64,000 nt of DNA, taken from contig JBAXDL010000001.1 of the NCBI GenBank assembly GCA_037140955.1, positions 15,129 to 79,128 on the forward strand, read 5' to 3'. This DNA comes from a bacterium (GTDB lineage: Bacteria > Patescibacteriota > Minisyncoccia > Moranbacterales > GWC2-37-73). Below, piece after piece: positions 1 to 8,806 of this stretch; position 1 is the stretch's first letter, and each line of letters begins with the position of its first letter. The position numbers were made by a program, and so were the translations under genes. A model generated the notes under the pieces. It made no database searches, was not told the DNA's origin, and worked only from the letters and a program-made list of their open reading frames with translations.

Positions 1-526
1 TAGAAAAACTAATCTGCTTGATCAGCGCCATACCATCTACAATTGCCACCACTTTGTCTTTTTGCTTGATGTCATTTGTCATTTCTGCCAAAACCAGATC
101 GCCACTACAGATTCCAGCATCCACCATTGAATCGCCAAGAGCTCGAAAAACCACAACATTCTCACCTCTGTGACCTTGCAAAAAATCTCGATCAATAGTG
201 ACAAATTCATCATGCATATGATCAGCAAAAACATTCATGTTGTCACAACCCGCCGCACTCACAATTGGCAAAACAACTGTATCCAAAATTTCTGAAGTCC
301 TTGAAACAAGCTTGATTCCACGACTGCAGTTGCGCGAGCGAACAATCAAGCCTTTTTTTTCAAGACTCTCCAAATATTGCATCACGCTTCGAGTCGAAGA
401 CACTTGCAAAAATTGCATGAGCTCAGTAATGGTTGGCGAAAAACCATTTTTTTCCAAACAATCACAAAGATAATCGAAGACTCGTTTTTGTTTTGACGTT
501 AAAGTTTTTGAATTATTTTTTAACAT
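1..526 (-). CDS. lexA: LexA repressor (S24 peptidase), truncated by window start (C-terminal end missing)
   Basis: Minus-strand translation from ATG at 524-526 gives a winged-helix N-domain then FRALGDSMVDAGICSGDLVL...VVAIVDGMALIKQI, the Ser-Lys dyad autoprotease domain of LexA; reading frame runs off the window edge. No complete ORF in the track because it is partial. Confidence 0.85.
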   Translation of the reverse strand, partial: MLKNNSKTLTSKQKRVFDYLCDCLEKNGFSPTITELMQFLQVSSTRSVMQYLESLEKKGLIVRSRNCSRGIKLVSRTSEILDTVVLPIVSAAGCDNMNVFADHMHDEFVTIDRDFLQGHRGENVVVFRALGDSMVDAGICSGDLVLAEMTNDIKQKDKVVAIVDGMALIKQISFS

Positions 527-564
527 CGGGCAGTAGAAATTTGAATGGGCTTTGCCCAAAAAAA

Positions 565-840
565 TTATTTTTTATTTTTCCTATTGAAGAAATATTCCTT
601 TAGTCTTCTTTTTATTAATCTCATTCCTTGAGAGGTTTTCAAGTATTTTTCCCTTCTTAGAGCATCTTGTTTGTCTAAGCATGCCTCATAATATATCACT
701 CGCCATGGTGCACCACTTTTAGTCGAAAAATTCAACTTGTGATTATGTTCCTCTAATCTTTTTTTCAAATCAACAGCAAATCCCGTGTAGAATTCGCCTT
801 TTTCTATACTTTCCAAGATATAAACGTAAAACATAATCAT
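565..840 (-). CDS. GIY-YIG nuclease family protein (YhbQ/UPF0213-like, 91 aa)
   Basis: FYVYILESIEKGEFYTG ... EHN motif typical of small stand-alone GIY-YIG proteins; paralog at 2402-2641. Confidence 0.7.
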   Translation of the reverse strand: MIMFYVYILESIEKGEFYTGFAVDLKKRLEEHNHKLNFSTKSGAPWRVIYYEACLDKQDALRREKYLKTSQGMRLIKRRLKEYFFNRKNKK

Positions 841-944
841 TTTTCAAATTTTCACTGCCCGAAACATTTCCCTATTATACATTTTTTATGCCAAGCCAAC
901 AATATCGAAGTTATACACACAATATACACAAATTGTGAAATATT

Positions 945-966
945 AAATGCCTAATACAAGGCATTT
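945..966 (-). terminator. hairpin aaatgcctaatacaaggcattt downstream of secreted-protein gene
   Basis: 8-bp perfect stem with 6-nt loop in AT-rich flank immediately 3' of the minus-strand CDS 1071-2075. Confidence 0.4.
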
Positions 967-1070
967 AAAACATATACACACTTTTTTATTTTTATACATG
1001 TGCATAACTATAATACACAACATATACAAACAAAGATTTAAAATGAAGACATTATTAGTTTTTTTACTTT

Positions 1071-2075
1071 TTACAAAACAGTCAAATGGTCAGGTGCTGA
1101 TGGTGCCACATTATCACCCCCCAATAATGGCTCAACATGACCTTCATAGATTTTAATATCATCATAAAGATGCTGCAGAGTGGGACTGTTTATATCATCA
1201 CCCCAGAATCCATTCTGCGGATTAAACGACACCTGCCCAACAAGATTACTCATAACAGTTGGGATAAGCGTTCCATTTGAACCATTAATGCCAGTAATAG
1301 TCTCAAGCAAAACTTCATCCATCCATAGCTTAATCACACCATCCCTAGAATTTGCAATTGGACTTGTTGGCATTTTTATATACATCCTAACCTTGTGCCA
1401 AGTGTCACCATAGCCAGGGCTCCATGCAACAGCAGAATATCTTCCCAACGTGCACGTTATTGGATTTCCACCCGTATCACCATTTAACAACCCCAGTGTC
1501 TGAAGATTAGTGCAATAACCAGTTTCATTTGTTGAATCATAATCTGGCCATCCAGCTACCCATGTCACAGCTGATGTTGTTGTCATAATGGCAGTCCCTC
1601 CAGCATCCTCATGTCCAAGCAATATCCTTTCACCTCCCCATCTGGAAACAGTCCCTCCTATATATTCATCTGTAGTTGAAATAGCCCTTACGCCCTTCAT
1701 GTTCCAATTTGCAGAGGCATCAGCATTTAAACTAAACTTTTCCCAATAAACAATAGTAATTTCATTTTTATTGAGAGTATTAGTAAGGAATGGATCGTAT
1801 ACATCCCCTTCTGTTGAACCACCAGGGAAAAGAAAGCTTAATGCTTTACCGTTATTATATCCTTGATTCGCTTTTATAGTACTCGTTGTTCCTGCGTTAT
1901 AACCATGATCAGAATTTCCACCACAATCAATCCAGGCCTGATTGGCATGTGCACCATCCAATCCCGACTCAAAATCACACTGGAATAGCATATCGCCATT
2001 GGCGGCATGTGCAAAATCAAATACAACCAAAAACATCATTACCAAAAAAAATATTTTGAAAATATATCTTTGCAT
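1071..2075 (-). CDS. secreted hypothetical protein, possible jelly-roll (ConA/LamG-like) carbohydrate-active domain
   Basis: N-terminal signal peptide MQRYIFKIFFLVMMFLVVFDFAHA, Gly/Asn/Thr/Trp-rich beta-type composition; no catalytic motif recognised. Confidence 0.55.
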   Translation of the reverse strand: MQRYIFKIFFLVMMFLVVFDFAHAANGDMLFQCDFESGLDGAHANQAWIDCGGNSDHGYNAGTTSTIKANQGYNNGKALSFLFPGGSTEGDVYDPFLTNTLNKNEITIVYWEKFSLNADASANWNMKGVRAISTTDEYIGGTVSRWGGERILLGHEDAGGTAIMTTTSAVTWVAGWPDYDSTNETGYCTNLQTLGLLNGDTGGNPITCTLGRYSAVAWSPGYGDTWHKVRMYIKMPTSPIANSRDGVIKLWMDEVLLETITGINGSNGTLIPTVMSNLVGQVSFNPQNGFWGDDINSPTLQHLYDDIKIYEGHVEPLLGGDNVAPSAPDHLTVL

Positions 2076-2275
2076 TTTTATATTTTACAATAAACTTTTT
2101 ATTACTATTTTTACTACAAAAGTATGCATCATATTTTTATAATTATAGCACAAAAAATGACTAGCAAGAAAAAATAATACTAATTCAACGCATTATTTTA
2201 CAACCAAAAACATCTTTTTAATAAACCATAAACGAATCTGCCAGTTCGAATCTCTCCTCTTAATATAAAATCAAT

Positions 2276-2298
2276 AAAACCACCAAAAAGGTGGTTTT
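2276..2298 (-). terminator. hairpin aaaaccacc-aaaaa-ggtggtttt following tRNA-Ser(GCU)
   Basis: 7-bp GC-containing stem flanked by A-run and T-run on both sides (bidirectional shape), 12 nt 3' of the tRNA on the minus strand. Confidence 0.5.
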
Positions 2299-2309
2299 AT
2301 TGATTTATG

Positions 2310-2396
2310 CGGAGAAGGAGGGATTCGAACCCTCGAGGGGTTTTACCCCCTGCCTCGTTAGCAGTGAGGTGCTTTCGGCCTCTCAGCCACCTCTCC
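2310..2396 (-). tRNA. tRNA-Ser (anticodon GCU), class II with long variable arm
   Basis: Minus strand GGAGAGG-TG-GCTGAGAGGCCGAAAGC-...CTGCTAA...-long extra arm GGGGGTAAAACCCCT-...GGTTCGAATCCC-CTTCTCC-G; 7-bp acceptor, discriminator G, no encoded CCA. One A-C mismatch closes the anticodon stem. Confidence 0.8.
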
Positions 2397-2401
2397 GTAT
2401 A

Positions 2402-2641
2402 TTAAAAATGTCTTCTTGCAAATGCCCTACCAGATCCAGATTTCAAATATTTTTCAAATTCAAAAGCTTTATACTTATCCTTAAATGCAACATATGAAAC
2501 CAATTTCACAGGCAATCTGTTTTTTGTTGCTGGAACATTTCCATTTTTATGCAACTCTAATCTTTCTTTCAAGTTAGCACTACATCCAGTATACGGCTTT
2601 TTATCGTTACAAGCAAGAATATAAACAAAATAATTATTCAT
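2402..2641 (-). CDS. GIY-YIG nuclease family protein (YhbQ/UPF0213-like, 79 aa)
   Basis: YFVYILACNDKKPYTGCSANLKERLELHKNG motif; sits between the two tRNA-Ser genes. Confidence 0.7.
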   Translation of the reverse strand: MNNYFVYILACNDKKPYTGCSANLKERLELHKNGNVPATKNRLPVKLVSYVAFKDKYKAFEFEKYLKSGSGRAFARRHF

Positions 2642-2649
2642 AAACCATA

Positions 2650-2768
2650 CTAGCTTTTGGCTAAATTAACCACTTCCGCCGTCGCAAACTTCAACAGGAC
2701 TGCTTGTCCGCGTGCCGTCGCCATAGCTTTGGCGACGTGCGACCGAAGTCCGCTTTGGCGGACGAAGG
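2650..2768 (-). other. GC-rich structured element immediately 3' of tRNA-Ser(UGA) (nested hairpins GTCCGC-caaa-GCGGAC and GTCGCC-aaagctat-GGCGAC)
   Basis: About 120 nt at roughly 60% GC in a 33% GC genome with several perfect short hairpins; not coding (overlapping ORFs 2650-2847 and 2657-2947 are antisense to or overlap the tRNA). Identity unknown. Confidence 0.3.
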
Positions 2769-2853
2769 AGGAAGCGAAGAGATTCGAACTCTTGATGGGT
2801 CGCCCCATGACAGTTTTCAAGACTGTTGCCTTCAACCGCTCGGCCACGCTTCC
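2769..2853 (-). tRNA. tRNA-Ser (anticodon UGA), class II
   Basis: Minus strand GGAAGCG-TG-GCCGAGCGGTTGAAGGC-A-ACAGT-CTTGAAA-ACTGT-extra arm CATGGGGCGACCCATC-AAGAG-TTCGAAT-CTCTT-CGCTTCC; perfect acceptor, anticodon and T stems. Confidence 0.85.
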
Positions 2854-3058
2854 TTACTCATTTTCTTCGAAAATACAAAAAACTGATGCCTCGCGTTTGT
2901 CCTGGTTTTCTTTTGAAAACCTTCAAATGCTCCTATTTCGCATTTGAACCGCTCGGCCAATGCCTCTTATATTTTCAACCAATATATAATAACAGCTAGA
3001 AACATATTTGTAAATATGCTAAAGTTAGCTCAGTAGGAATATAAGAAAATACAAAAAT

Positions 3059-3631
<573 letters not shown>

Positions 3632-3781
3632 GCAAAAATCAAAATACAATAGCCAAAATATAGCAAAGAACTTGGAAGTATTTACTTTTTTTACTTTATA
3701 TTGTACACTATATTTTGCATATTACATGATGATTTTTGTATTTTTATTGTCTATTGTATTTTGCATATTGCGTTTTGAAAA

Positions 3782-3854
3782 GTGCTTGTAGCTCAGTGGA
3801 TAGAGCGTCTGGTTGCGGTCCAGAAGGTCGCAGGTCCGATTCCTGCCTAGCACA
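3782..3854 (+). tRNA. tRNA-Arg (anticodon GCG)
   Basis: GTGCTTG-TA-GCTC-AGTGGATA-GAGC-G-TCTGG-TTGCGGT-CCAGA-AGGTC-GCAGG-TCCGATT-CCTGC-CTAGCAC-A; cloverleaf with one T-T mismatch in acceptor stem; C35 present; GCG anticodon is uncommon for bacterial Arg tRNAs. Confidence 0.7.
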
Positions 3855-3905
3855 CAAAGAACAGAGTGAATTGGGGGCTTGGAGTGAGTGAACGATTTTA
3901 ATAAT

Positions 3906-3934
3906 GTCAGGACTTTTAAGTCTTGACATTTTTG
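3906..3934 (+). terminator. rho-independent terminator after tRNA-Arg
   Basis: GTCAGGAC-ttttaa-GTCTTGAC 8-bp stem followed by ATTTTTG. Confidence 0.55.
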
Positions 3935-3951
3935 ATTAAAAAGAGTATAAT
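3923..3951 (+). promoter_or_regulatory. consensus sigma70-type promoter TTGACA-N17-TATAAT
   Basis: Exact TTGACA (3923-3928) and TATAAT (3946-3951) with 17-nt spacer, about 90 nt upstream of CDS 4043; the -35 overlaps the 3' arm of the tRNA-Arg terminator hairpin. Confidence 0.6.
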
Positions 3952-4042
3952 ATCAAGTTAGTGCTCAAGATAGTTTTTTTAACAATTTTATTTCAAAATA
4001 GCCTCAAACGGCTATATATCCCAAAGGAAGAAGGAGAACACC

Positions 4043-4702
4043 ATGGCAACTGCAACAGAAAGAGCGGAGAAAAATTTTAAGGTAAAAATGCAAGGAGCTG
4101 CAAACAAAATGAGGATATTTTTACTATCTTCAAAAGATGCAGCAAAATCTGTCATTGAAAAACAGTACGTAGGAACAATGGCAAGGATTGCCTCAGGAGA
4201 TTTTGGTAATTGCGAAAATTGCAATGGACCGATGCCGATTGCTGCCCTCAACCGGAATTTCTTCGAAACAACATGCTGCGAAGATTGTAAACAGAAATTG
4301 CAATTTCAAAAACTTTCTGAAAAAATCATTTCATTGGAAGGAGAAATTAAAGAGATTGAAAAATCAGTTCGCCAAACACTAATAGATGAATCAACGAATT
4401 GCAGCATTTCCAATCACCCAGCTGATCAGTCAAAATTACCAAATTATAAGCTGGATCATCTTCTTCCAAATAAAAAAAAGTTATTATCTCAGTACAAAAC
4501 AGCAATTAAAATGCACCAAGAAGGTACATATGGAGTTTGTGAAGAGTGCGGAAAGGATATTAATCCTGCTCGCCTGGAGGTATCGCCAAGTTCAAATAGA
4601 TGTGTAGAGTGCAAAACAAAAATTGAAGAAAGAAGCAAGGTCTCATCTGGTTATGGAAACAAAGTTTCAATAAACAGACTAAGACAAGCGGTCTATATCT
4701 AG
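4043..4702 (+). CDS. TraR/DksA family protein with two C4 zinc fingers
   Basis: Two CxxC-x17/18-CxxC motifs (CENC...CCEDC and CEEC...CVEC) separated by a coiled-coil-like segment; strong SD GGAAGAAGGAGAA upstream. Confidence 0.75.
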   Translation: MATATERAEKNFKVKMQGAANKMRIFLLSSKDAAKSVIEKQYVGTMARIASGDFGNCENCNGPMPIAALNRNFFETTCCEDCKQKLQFQKLSEKIISLEGEIKEIEKSVRQTLIDESTNCSISNHPADQSKLPNYKLDHLLPNKKKLLSQYKTAIKMHQEGTYGVCEECGKDINPARLEVSPSSNRCVECKTKIEERSKVSSGYGNKVSINRLRQAVYI

Positions 4703-4716
4703 AGTATAATTTCAAA

Positions 4717-4757
4717 GCGACTCACATGAAACATGTGGGTCGCTTTTCTTTTTTCTC
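4717..4757 (+). terminator. rho-independent terminator after DksA-like gene
   Basis: GCGACTCACATG-aaa-CATGTGGGTCGC stem followed by TTTTCTTTTTTCTC. Confidence 0.55.
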
Positions 4758-4946
4758 AAAAATAAACTGGCGGCGTGAGACCACTTTTCTTCTTGGCCAA
4801 CAGCTAGCGACAGCAGCTCTTGAGCTTTTGGAAATTGAGCATTTTTCCAAAAGTGTGCCAAAAGGAAAGGTGGTCGAACAAACACGTTGCAAAAATGCTC
4901 AAACTTATCACTAGATGTGTTGCATACAATAAGATATACTTGCAGC

Positions 4947-7148
4947 ATGATCACATTGCAAACAAAACTAGACCAACTCCCCCGCTTTAGCAAGAAATAT
5001 GTTGATGCACTGGATAAACTTAATCTCAAAACAGTTGAGGATTTTTTGTTGCACTTTCCTTTTCGCTATGAAGATTATTCTGAAAGAATTCAGATTAAAG
5101 ATTTGAAAAATGGCGAAACCGCCACCATCATGGGCGAGGTTGTTTCCAGCAAAGTTGTTCGCACTTGGAAAAAAAAGATGATGATCACCGAATGCTTTGT
5201 GGCCGATGAAACTGGCAGCGTGCGAGCCGTTTGGTTCAATCAGCCATATATCAGTGATTCATTAACGACTGGCAAAGGCGTGCGAATTTCAGGCAAGGTT
5301 TCCCAGGATCCAAAAGGACTATTTTTTTCAAATTCAGCTTGGGAACTTTCTTCGCGCACGCCAACCAACACCGGCAGACTTGTTCCAATATATCCAGAAA
5401 CAGAAGGGCTCACTTCGCGTTGGATTCGCTGGCAAATGCAAAACTTGATTGAACATGCAGAAAAACTTGTTGACCCGATTCCAGAAAACATTATCAAGGG
5501 GCTGCATTTGCCGCTACTCAAAGATGCAGTACGTTTTTTGCATTTTCCAAAAACATTGCATGAATTTGAATTAGCACAAAAACGTTTTGCCTTCCAACAA
5601 ATGTTTTTGGTTCAACTTGCAACGCAGAAAATAAAAATATCCTGGGACAAACAAACAGCCGCTTCAATCAAATTTGAACAAGCTTTTATCAAAAAATTTG
5701 TTGACTCACTTCCCTTTACACTTACGGACGCTCAAAGAAAAGCATCGTTTCAAATATTGAAAGATCTTGAAAAACCCTTGCCTATGAACAGACTTTTAAA
5801 TGGTGACGTTGGTTCTGGCAAAACTATCGTGGCGGCCATTGCCAGCTTGCAAGCTATCAATGCTGGCTTTCAGGCTTCACTAATGGCGCCAACTGAAATC
5901 TTGGCCAGACAGCATTTCGAAAGCATATCAAAACTTTTTAAACCTTACAATATTTCCGTTGCATTATTAACAAATGCATATCAAGAAATTTCATCATGTC
6001 ATTCCGGGCTTGACCCAGAATCCAGCAATCTTCAGCAATCAGCAATTAACCTGGATTCCCATTTTCACGGGAATGACAAAGAAACAAATAAAAGCAACAA
6101 TAAAAAAATTTCAAAAGTTAAAATTAAAGAAAATTTATTAAAAAAATTAGGCGATGGAGAAATAAACATCATCATTGGCACACATGCTCTGATTCAAGAA
6201 AAGGTAAGATTCAAAAATTTGGCACTTGTTATTGTTGATGAACAACATCGCTTTGGCGTGGCGCAGCGCGCATATCTGCAGCAACAAATAGAAAAAATTA
6301 ATGATGGTCTGCCAGGAAAAATCCCACATCTTTTGACCATGACAGCCACTCCAATTCCTCGCACACTAACCTTGGCATATTTTGGAAATCTTGAACTTTC
6401 AATTTTAAATGAAATGCCAAAAAACCGAAAACAAATTGAAACAAAAATTGTGCCACCAAGCAAAAGAAATGATGCCTATGATTTTGTGCACGACCAAATC
6501 AAAAAAGGACATCAAGCTTTTATTATCTTCCCCCTAGTAGAAGAATCAGAAAAATTAACCGAACTAAAAGCTGCCACCCAAGAGCATGCCAGATTGTCAG
6601 CAGAAATTTTTCCAAATTTGAAACTTGGATTGTTGCATGGAAAATTAAAATCCAAAGAAAAAGAGGCTGTGATGGAAGATTTTAAAAACAAAAAATATGA
6701 CATCTTAATTGCAACATCTGTGGTTGAAGTTGGTATTGATATTCCAAATGCCACAGTCATCATGATCGAAGATGCTGAAAGATTTGGACTCTCACAATTG
6801 CATCAATTTCGTGGACGTGTTGGCAGAAGCGAAAAACAATCACATTGCTTTCTTTTCACTTCTAGCAAAACAACTAAAGCAAAATCAAGACTTGGAGCCA
6901 TGGAAGAAACTTCCAATGGCTTTGCGATCGCTGAGGAAGATTTGAAATTGCGCGGACCAGGAGAGTTTCTAGGCACAAGACAATCTGGCTTGCCTGACAT
7001 CTCCATGGAACATTTGGCCAATGTAAAACTAATAGAAATAGCGCATGACTATGCCGAGCAAACATTGCAAAACAGTCCTGACCTGAAAGAATATCCACTC
7101 TTACAAAAAGAGCTTGGAAAATTTCAAAGCAATACGCATCTTGAATAA
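4947..7148 (+). CDS. recG: ATP-dependent DNA helicase RecG
   Basis: N-terminal wedge region LHFPFRYEDY, Walker A GDVGSGKT, DEQH box VIVDEQHRFGV, helicase C motifs QLHQFRGRVGR. Start placed at first ATG (4947, MITLQTK...); the track ORF begins at an upstream TTG (4887). Contains a low-complexity insertion (about aa 355-420). Confidence 0.9.
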   Translation: MITLQTKLDQLPRFSKKYVDALDKLNLKTVEDFLLHFPFRYEDYSERIQIKDLKNGETATIMGEVVSSKVVRTWKKKMMITECFVADETGSVRAVWFNQPYISDSLTTGKGVRISGKVSQDPKGLFFSNSAWELSSRTPTNTGRLVPIYPETEGLTSRWIRWQMQNLIEHAEKLVDPIPENIIKGLHLPLLKDAVRFLHFPKTLHEFELAQKRFAFQQMFLVQLATQKIKISWDKQTAASIKFEQAFIKKFVDSLPFTLTDAQRKASFQILKDLEKPLPMNRLLNGDVGSGKTIVAAIASLQAINAGFQASLMAPTEILARQHFESISKLFKPYNISVALLTNAYQEISSCHSGLDPESSNLQQSAINLDSHFHGNDKETNKSNNKKISKVKIKENLLKKLGDGEINIIIGTHALIQEKVRFKNLALVIVDEQHRFGVAQRAYLQQQIEKINDGLPGKIPHLLTMTATPIPRTLTLAYFGNLELSILNEMPKNRKQIETKIVPPSKRNDAYDFVHDQIKKGHQAFIIFPLVEESEKLTELKAATQEHARLSAEIFPNLKLGLLHGKLKSKEKEAVMEDFKNKKYDILIATSVVEVGIDIPNATVIMIEDAERFGLSQLHQFRGRVGRSEKQSHCFLFTSSKTTKAKSRLGAMEETSNGFAIAEEDLKLRGPGEFLGTRQSGLPDISMEHLANVKLIEIAHDYAEQTLQNSPDLKEYPLLQKELGKFQSNTHLE

Positions 7149-7192
7149 TGTATCTTTATTTGTTAGAATTAACAAGTATTTTCATGTAGTAA

Positions 7193-7224
7193 TTAAGCCT
7201 TGCTGGCTTAAGTTTGTATTTTTA
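7193..7224 (+). terminator. rho-independent terminator after recG
   Basis: TTAAGCC-ttgct-GGCTTAA stem followed by GTTTGTATTTTT. Confidence 0.5.
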
Positions 7225-7338
7225 ATTTTCAATTCTCAATTTTCAATTCTCAATCAATTTTCAAATTTACAATATATCAATTAACTTATTGTAAATTCAA
7301 TGTAAATTGATCATTGGTAATTGATCATTGAATCTATT

Positions 7339-8721
7339 ATGAATTCAGAAATTTTCAAAGCCTATGATATTCGCGGAGTTTATCCGACAGAAATAAATGA
7401 ACTAGATGTATACAAAACAGCTGTTGCTATTTGTCAATTCCTGGAACCAACAGAATTGGTCGTTGGCTCTGACGTGCGACTTTCCTCACCTGCTCTGAAA
7501 AGAGCAGCCATCAAAGCCATCACTGATCAGGGAATCAGAGTCATCGATGTCGGAGAAATTTCAACAGACATGCTCTACTACGCCGTTGGTCACTATGGCT
7601 ATGCTGGAGGATTGACCATCACAGCCTCACACAATCCAAAAGAATATAACGGCATGAAAATTGTGCGCGAAGAATCTCGTCCAATTTCTTCCGACTCAGG
7701 ACTTTTCATCATCAGAGACATAGCCTTTGGATTGGAAATTGACGAAACAGTATTAAAGGGAGATATTAACGAATCTTTAATTGAACACAAAGACATCATG
7801 GACAGCTATGCTCGAAAAGTTCGAACATTTGCAAATCTTGACCCAATCAAACCGTTCAAAATAATAGCCAATCCAAATTTTGGAGTTGGAGGAAGAGCGT
7901 TGGAAAAAATATTAGCAGGAACAAGCATAGAAATAATAAAACTAAACTATGAAAGTGATGGTAATTTTCCCAAAGGAAGACCGGATCCGCTTATTCCAGA
8001 AAACAGAGAAGAAATTTCGCGTCTGGTTGTTGAACATGGTGCTGATTTTGGAGTAGCTTGGGATGCTGATGCTGACAGATGTTTTTTCTTTACTGAAAAA
8101 GGAGAATTCATTGAAGGATATTTCATAACAGCGCTTCTTGCCAGGATCTTTTTAAAACGGAACAATGATCAAAAAATTGTACACGACACCAGACTAACTT
8201 GGGCCATTGAAGATATTGTTTCCACTCTTGGAGGAAAAAATGTCCCAACCAAAGCAGGACATTCTTTCATCAAGGAACGCATGCGCAAAGAAAATGCAGT
8301 CTTTGGAGGTGAGATGAGTGCCCACTACTATTTCCGTGATTATTATTTCTGTGACTGTGGTATGATTCCACTTGTCATGATGATTGAATATCTCTCAGGA
8401 CACAACAGGCCACTTTCCATGCTAATGCGAGATACTTTTTGGAAAAAATATTTTGTCAGTGGCGAAATAAACGTGCATGTCAGAGATGTTCTAACAGTCA
8501 TAGCAAACGCGCGCGCTAGATATGAAAAGCAAGCCACCTCATTTGATGAGCAAGATGGAATTTCACTAAACTTTGTTGACAAAGAAAACGAAAGCAAAAG
8601 CTGGCGCTTCAGTGTTCGTGGATCAAACACTGAGCCTCTTATTCGTCTTAATGTGGAAGCAAAATCCAAAGAATTAATGGAAGAAAAAAGAGACGAATTG
8701 CTAGCATTCATTAGTGCCTAA
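7339..8721 (+). CDS. phosphomannomutase/phosphoglucomutase (alpha-D-phosphohexomutase)
   Basis: Active-site phosphoserine loop GLTITASHNPKEYNGMK, metal loop DADADR, sugar loop GEMSAHYY. Start placed at ATG 7339 (MNSEIFKAYDIRG); track ORF starts at TTG 7321. Confidence 0.85.
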   Translation: MNSEIFKAYDIRGVYPTEINELDVYKTAVAICQFLEPTELVVGSDVRLSSPALKRAAIKAITDQGIRVIDVGEISTDMLYYAVGHYGYAGGLTITASHNPKEYNGMKIVREESRPISSDSGLFIIRDIAFGLEIDETVLKGDINESLIEHKDIMDSYARKVRTFANLDPIKPFKIIANPNFGVGGRALEKILAGTSIEIIKLNYESDGNFPKGRPDPLIPENREEISRLVVEHGADFGVAWDADADRCFFFTEKGEFIEGYFITALLARIFLKRNNDQKIVHDTRLTWAIEDIVSTLGGKNVPTKAGHSFIKERMRKENAVFGGEMSAHYYFRDYYFCDCGMIPLVMMIEYLSGHNRPLSMLMRDTFWKKYFVSGEINVHVRDVLTVIANARARYEKQATSFDEQDGISLNFVDKENESKSWRFSVRGSNTEPLIRLNVEAKSKELMEEKRDELLAFISA

Positions 8722-8747
8722 TTTTTTGCACAAAAATACAAAGCAAC

Positions 8748-8790
8748 AAAAAAATCACCATCATTCAATTGATTGGTGATTTTTTGTTTT
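8748..8790. terminator. bidirectional terminator between convergent phosphomannomutase and trpS genes
   Basis: AATCACCA-tcattcaattgat-TGGTGATT stem with T-runs on both strands. Confidence 0.55.
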
Positions 8791-8806
8791 CATTGAAAAT
8801 AAAGTT

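Noticed and set aside
2650-2947. ORFs 2650-2847 (minus) and 2657-2947 / 2704-2886 (plus)
   Set aside because: They overlap the tRNA-Ser(UGA) gene and the GC-rich structured block. They start at GTG/TTG and are GC-biased artefacts of the RNA region.
3744-3929. 61-aa minus-strand ORF
   Set aside because: Antisense across tRNA-Arg and its terminator; product of the GC-rich tRNA sequence.
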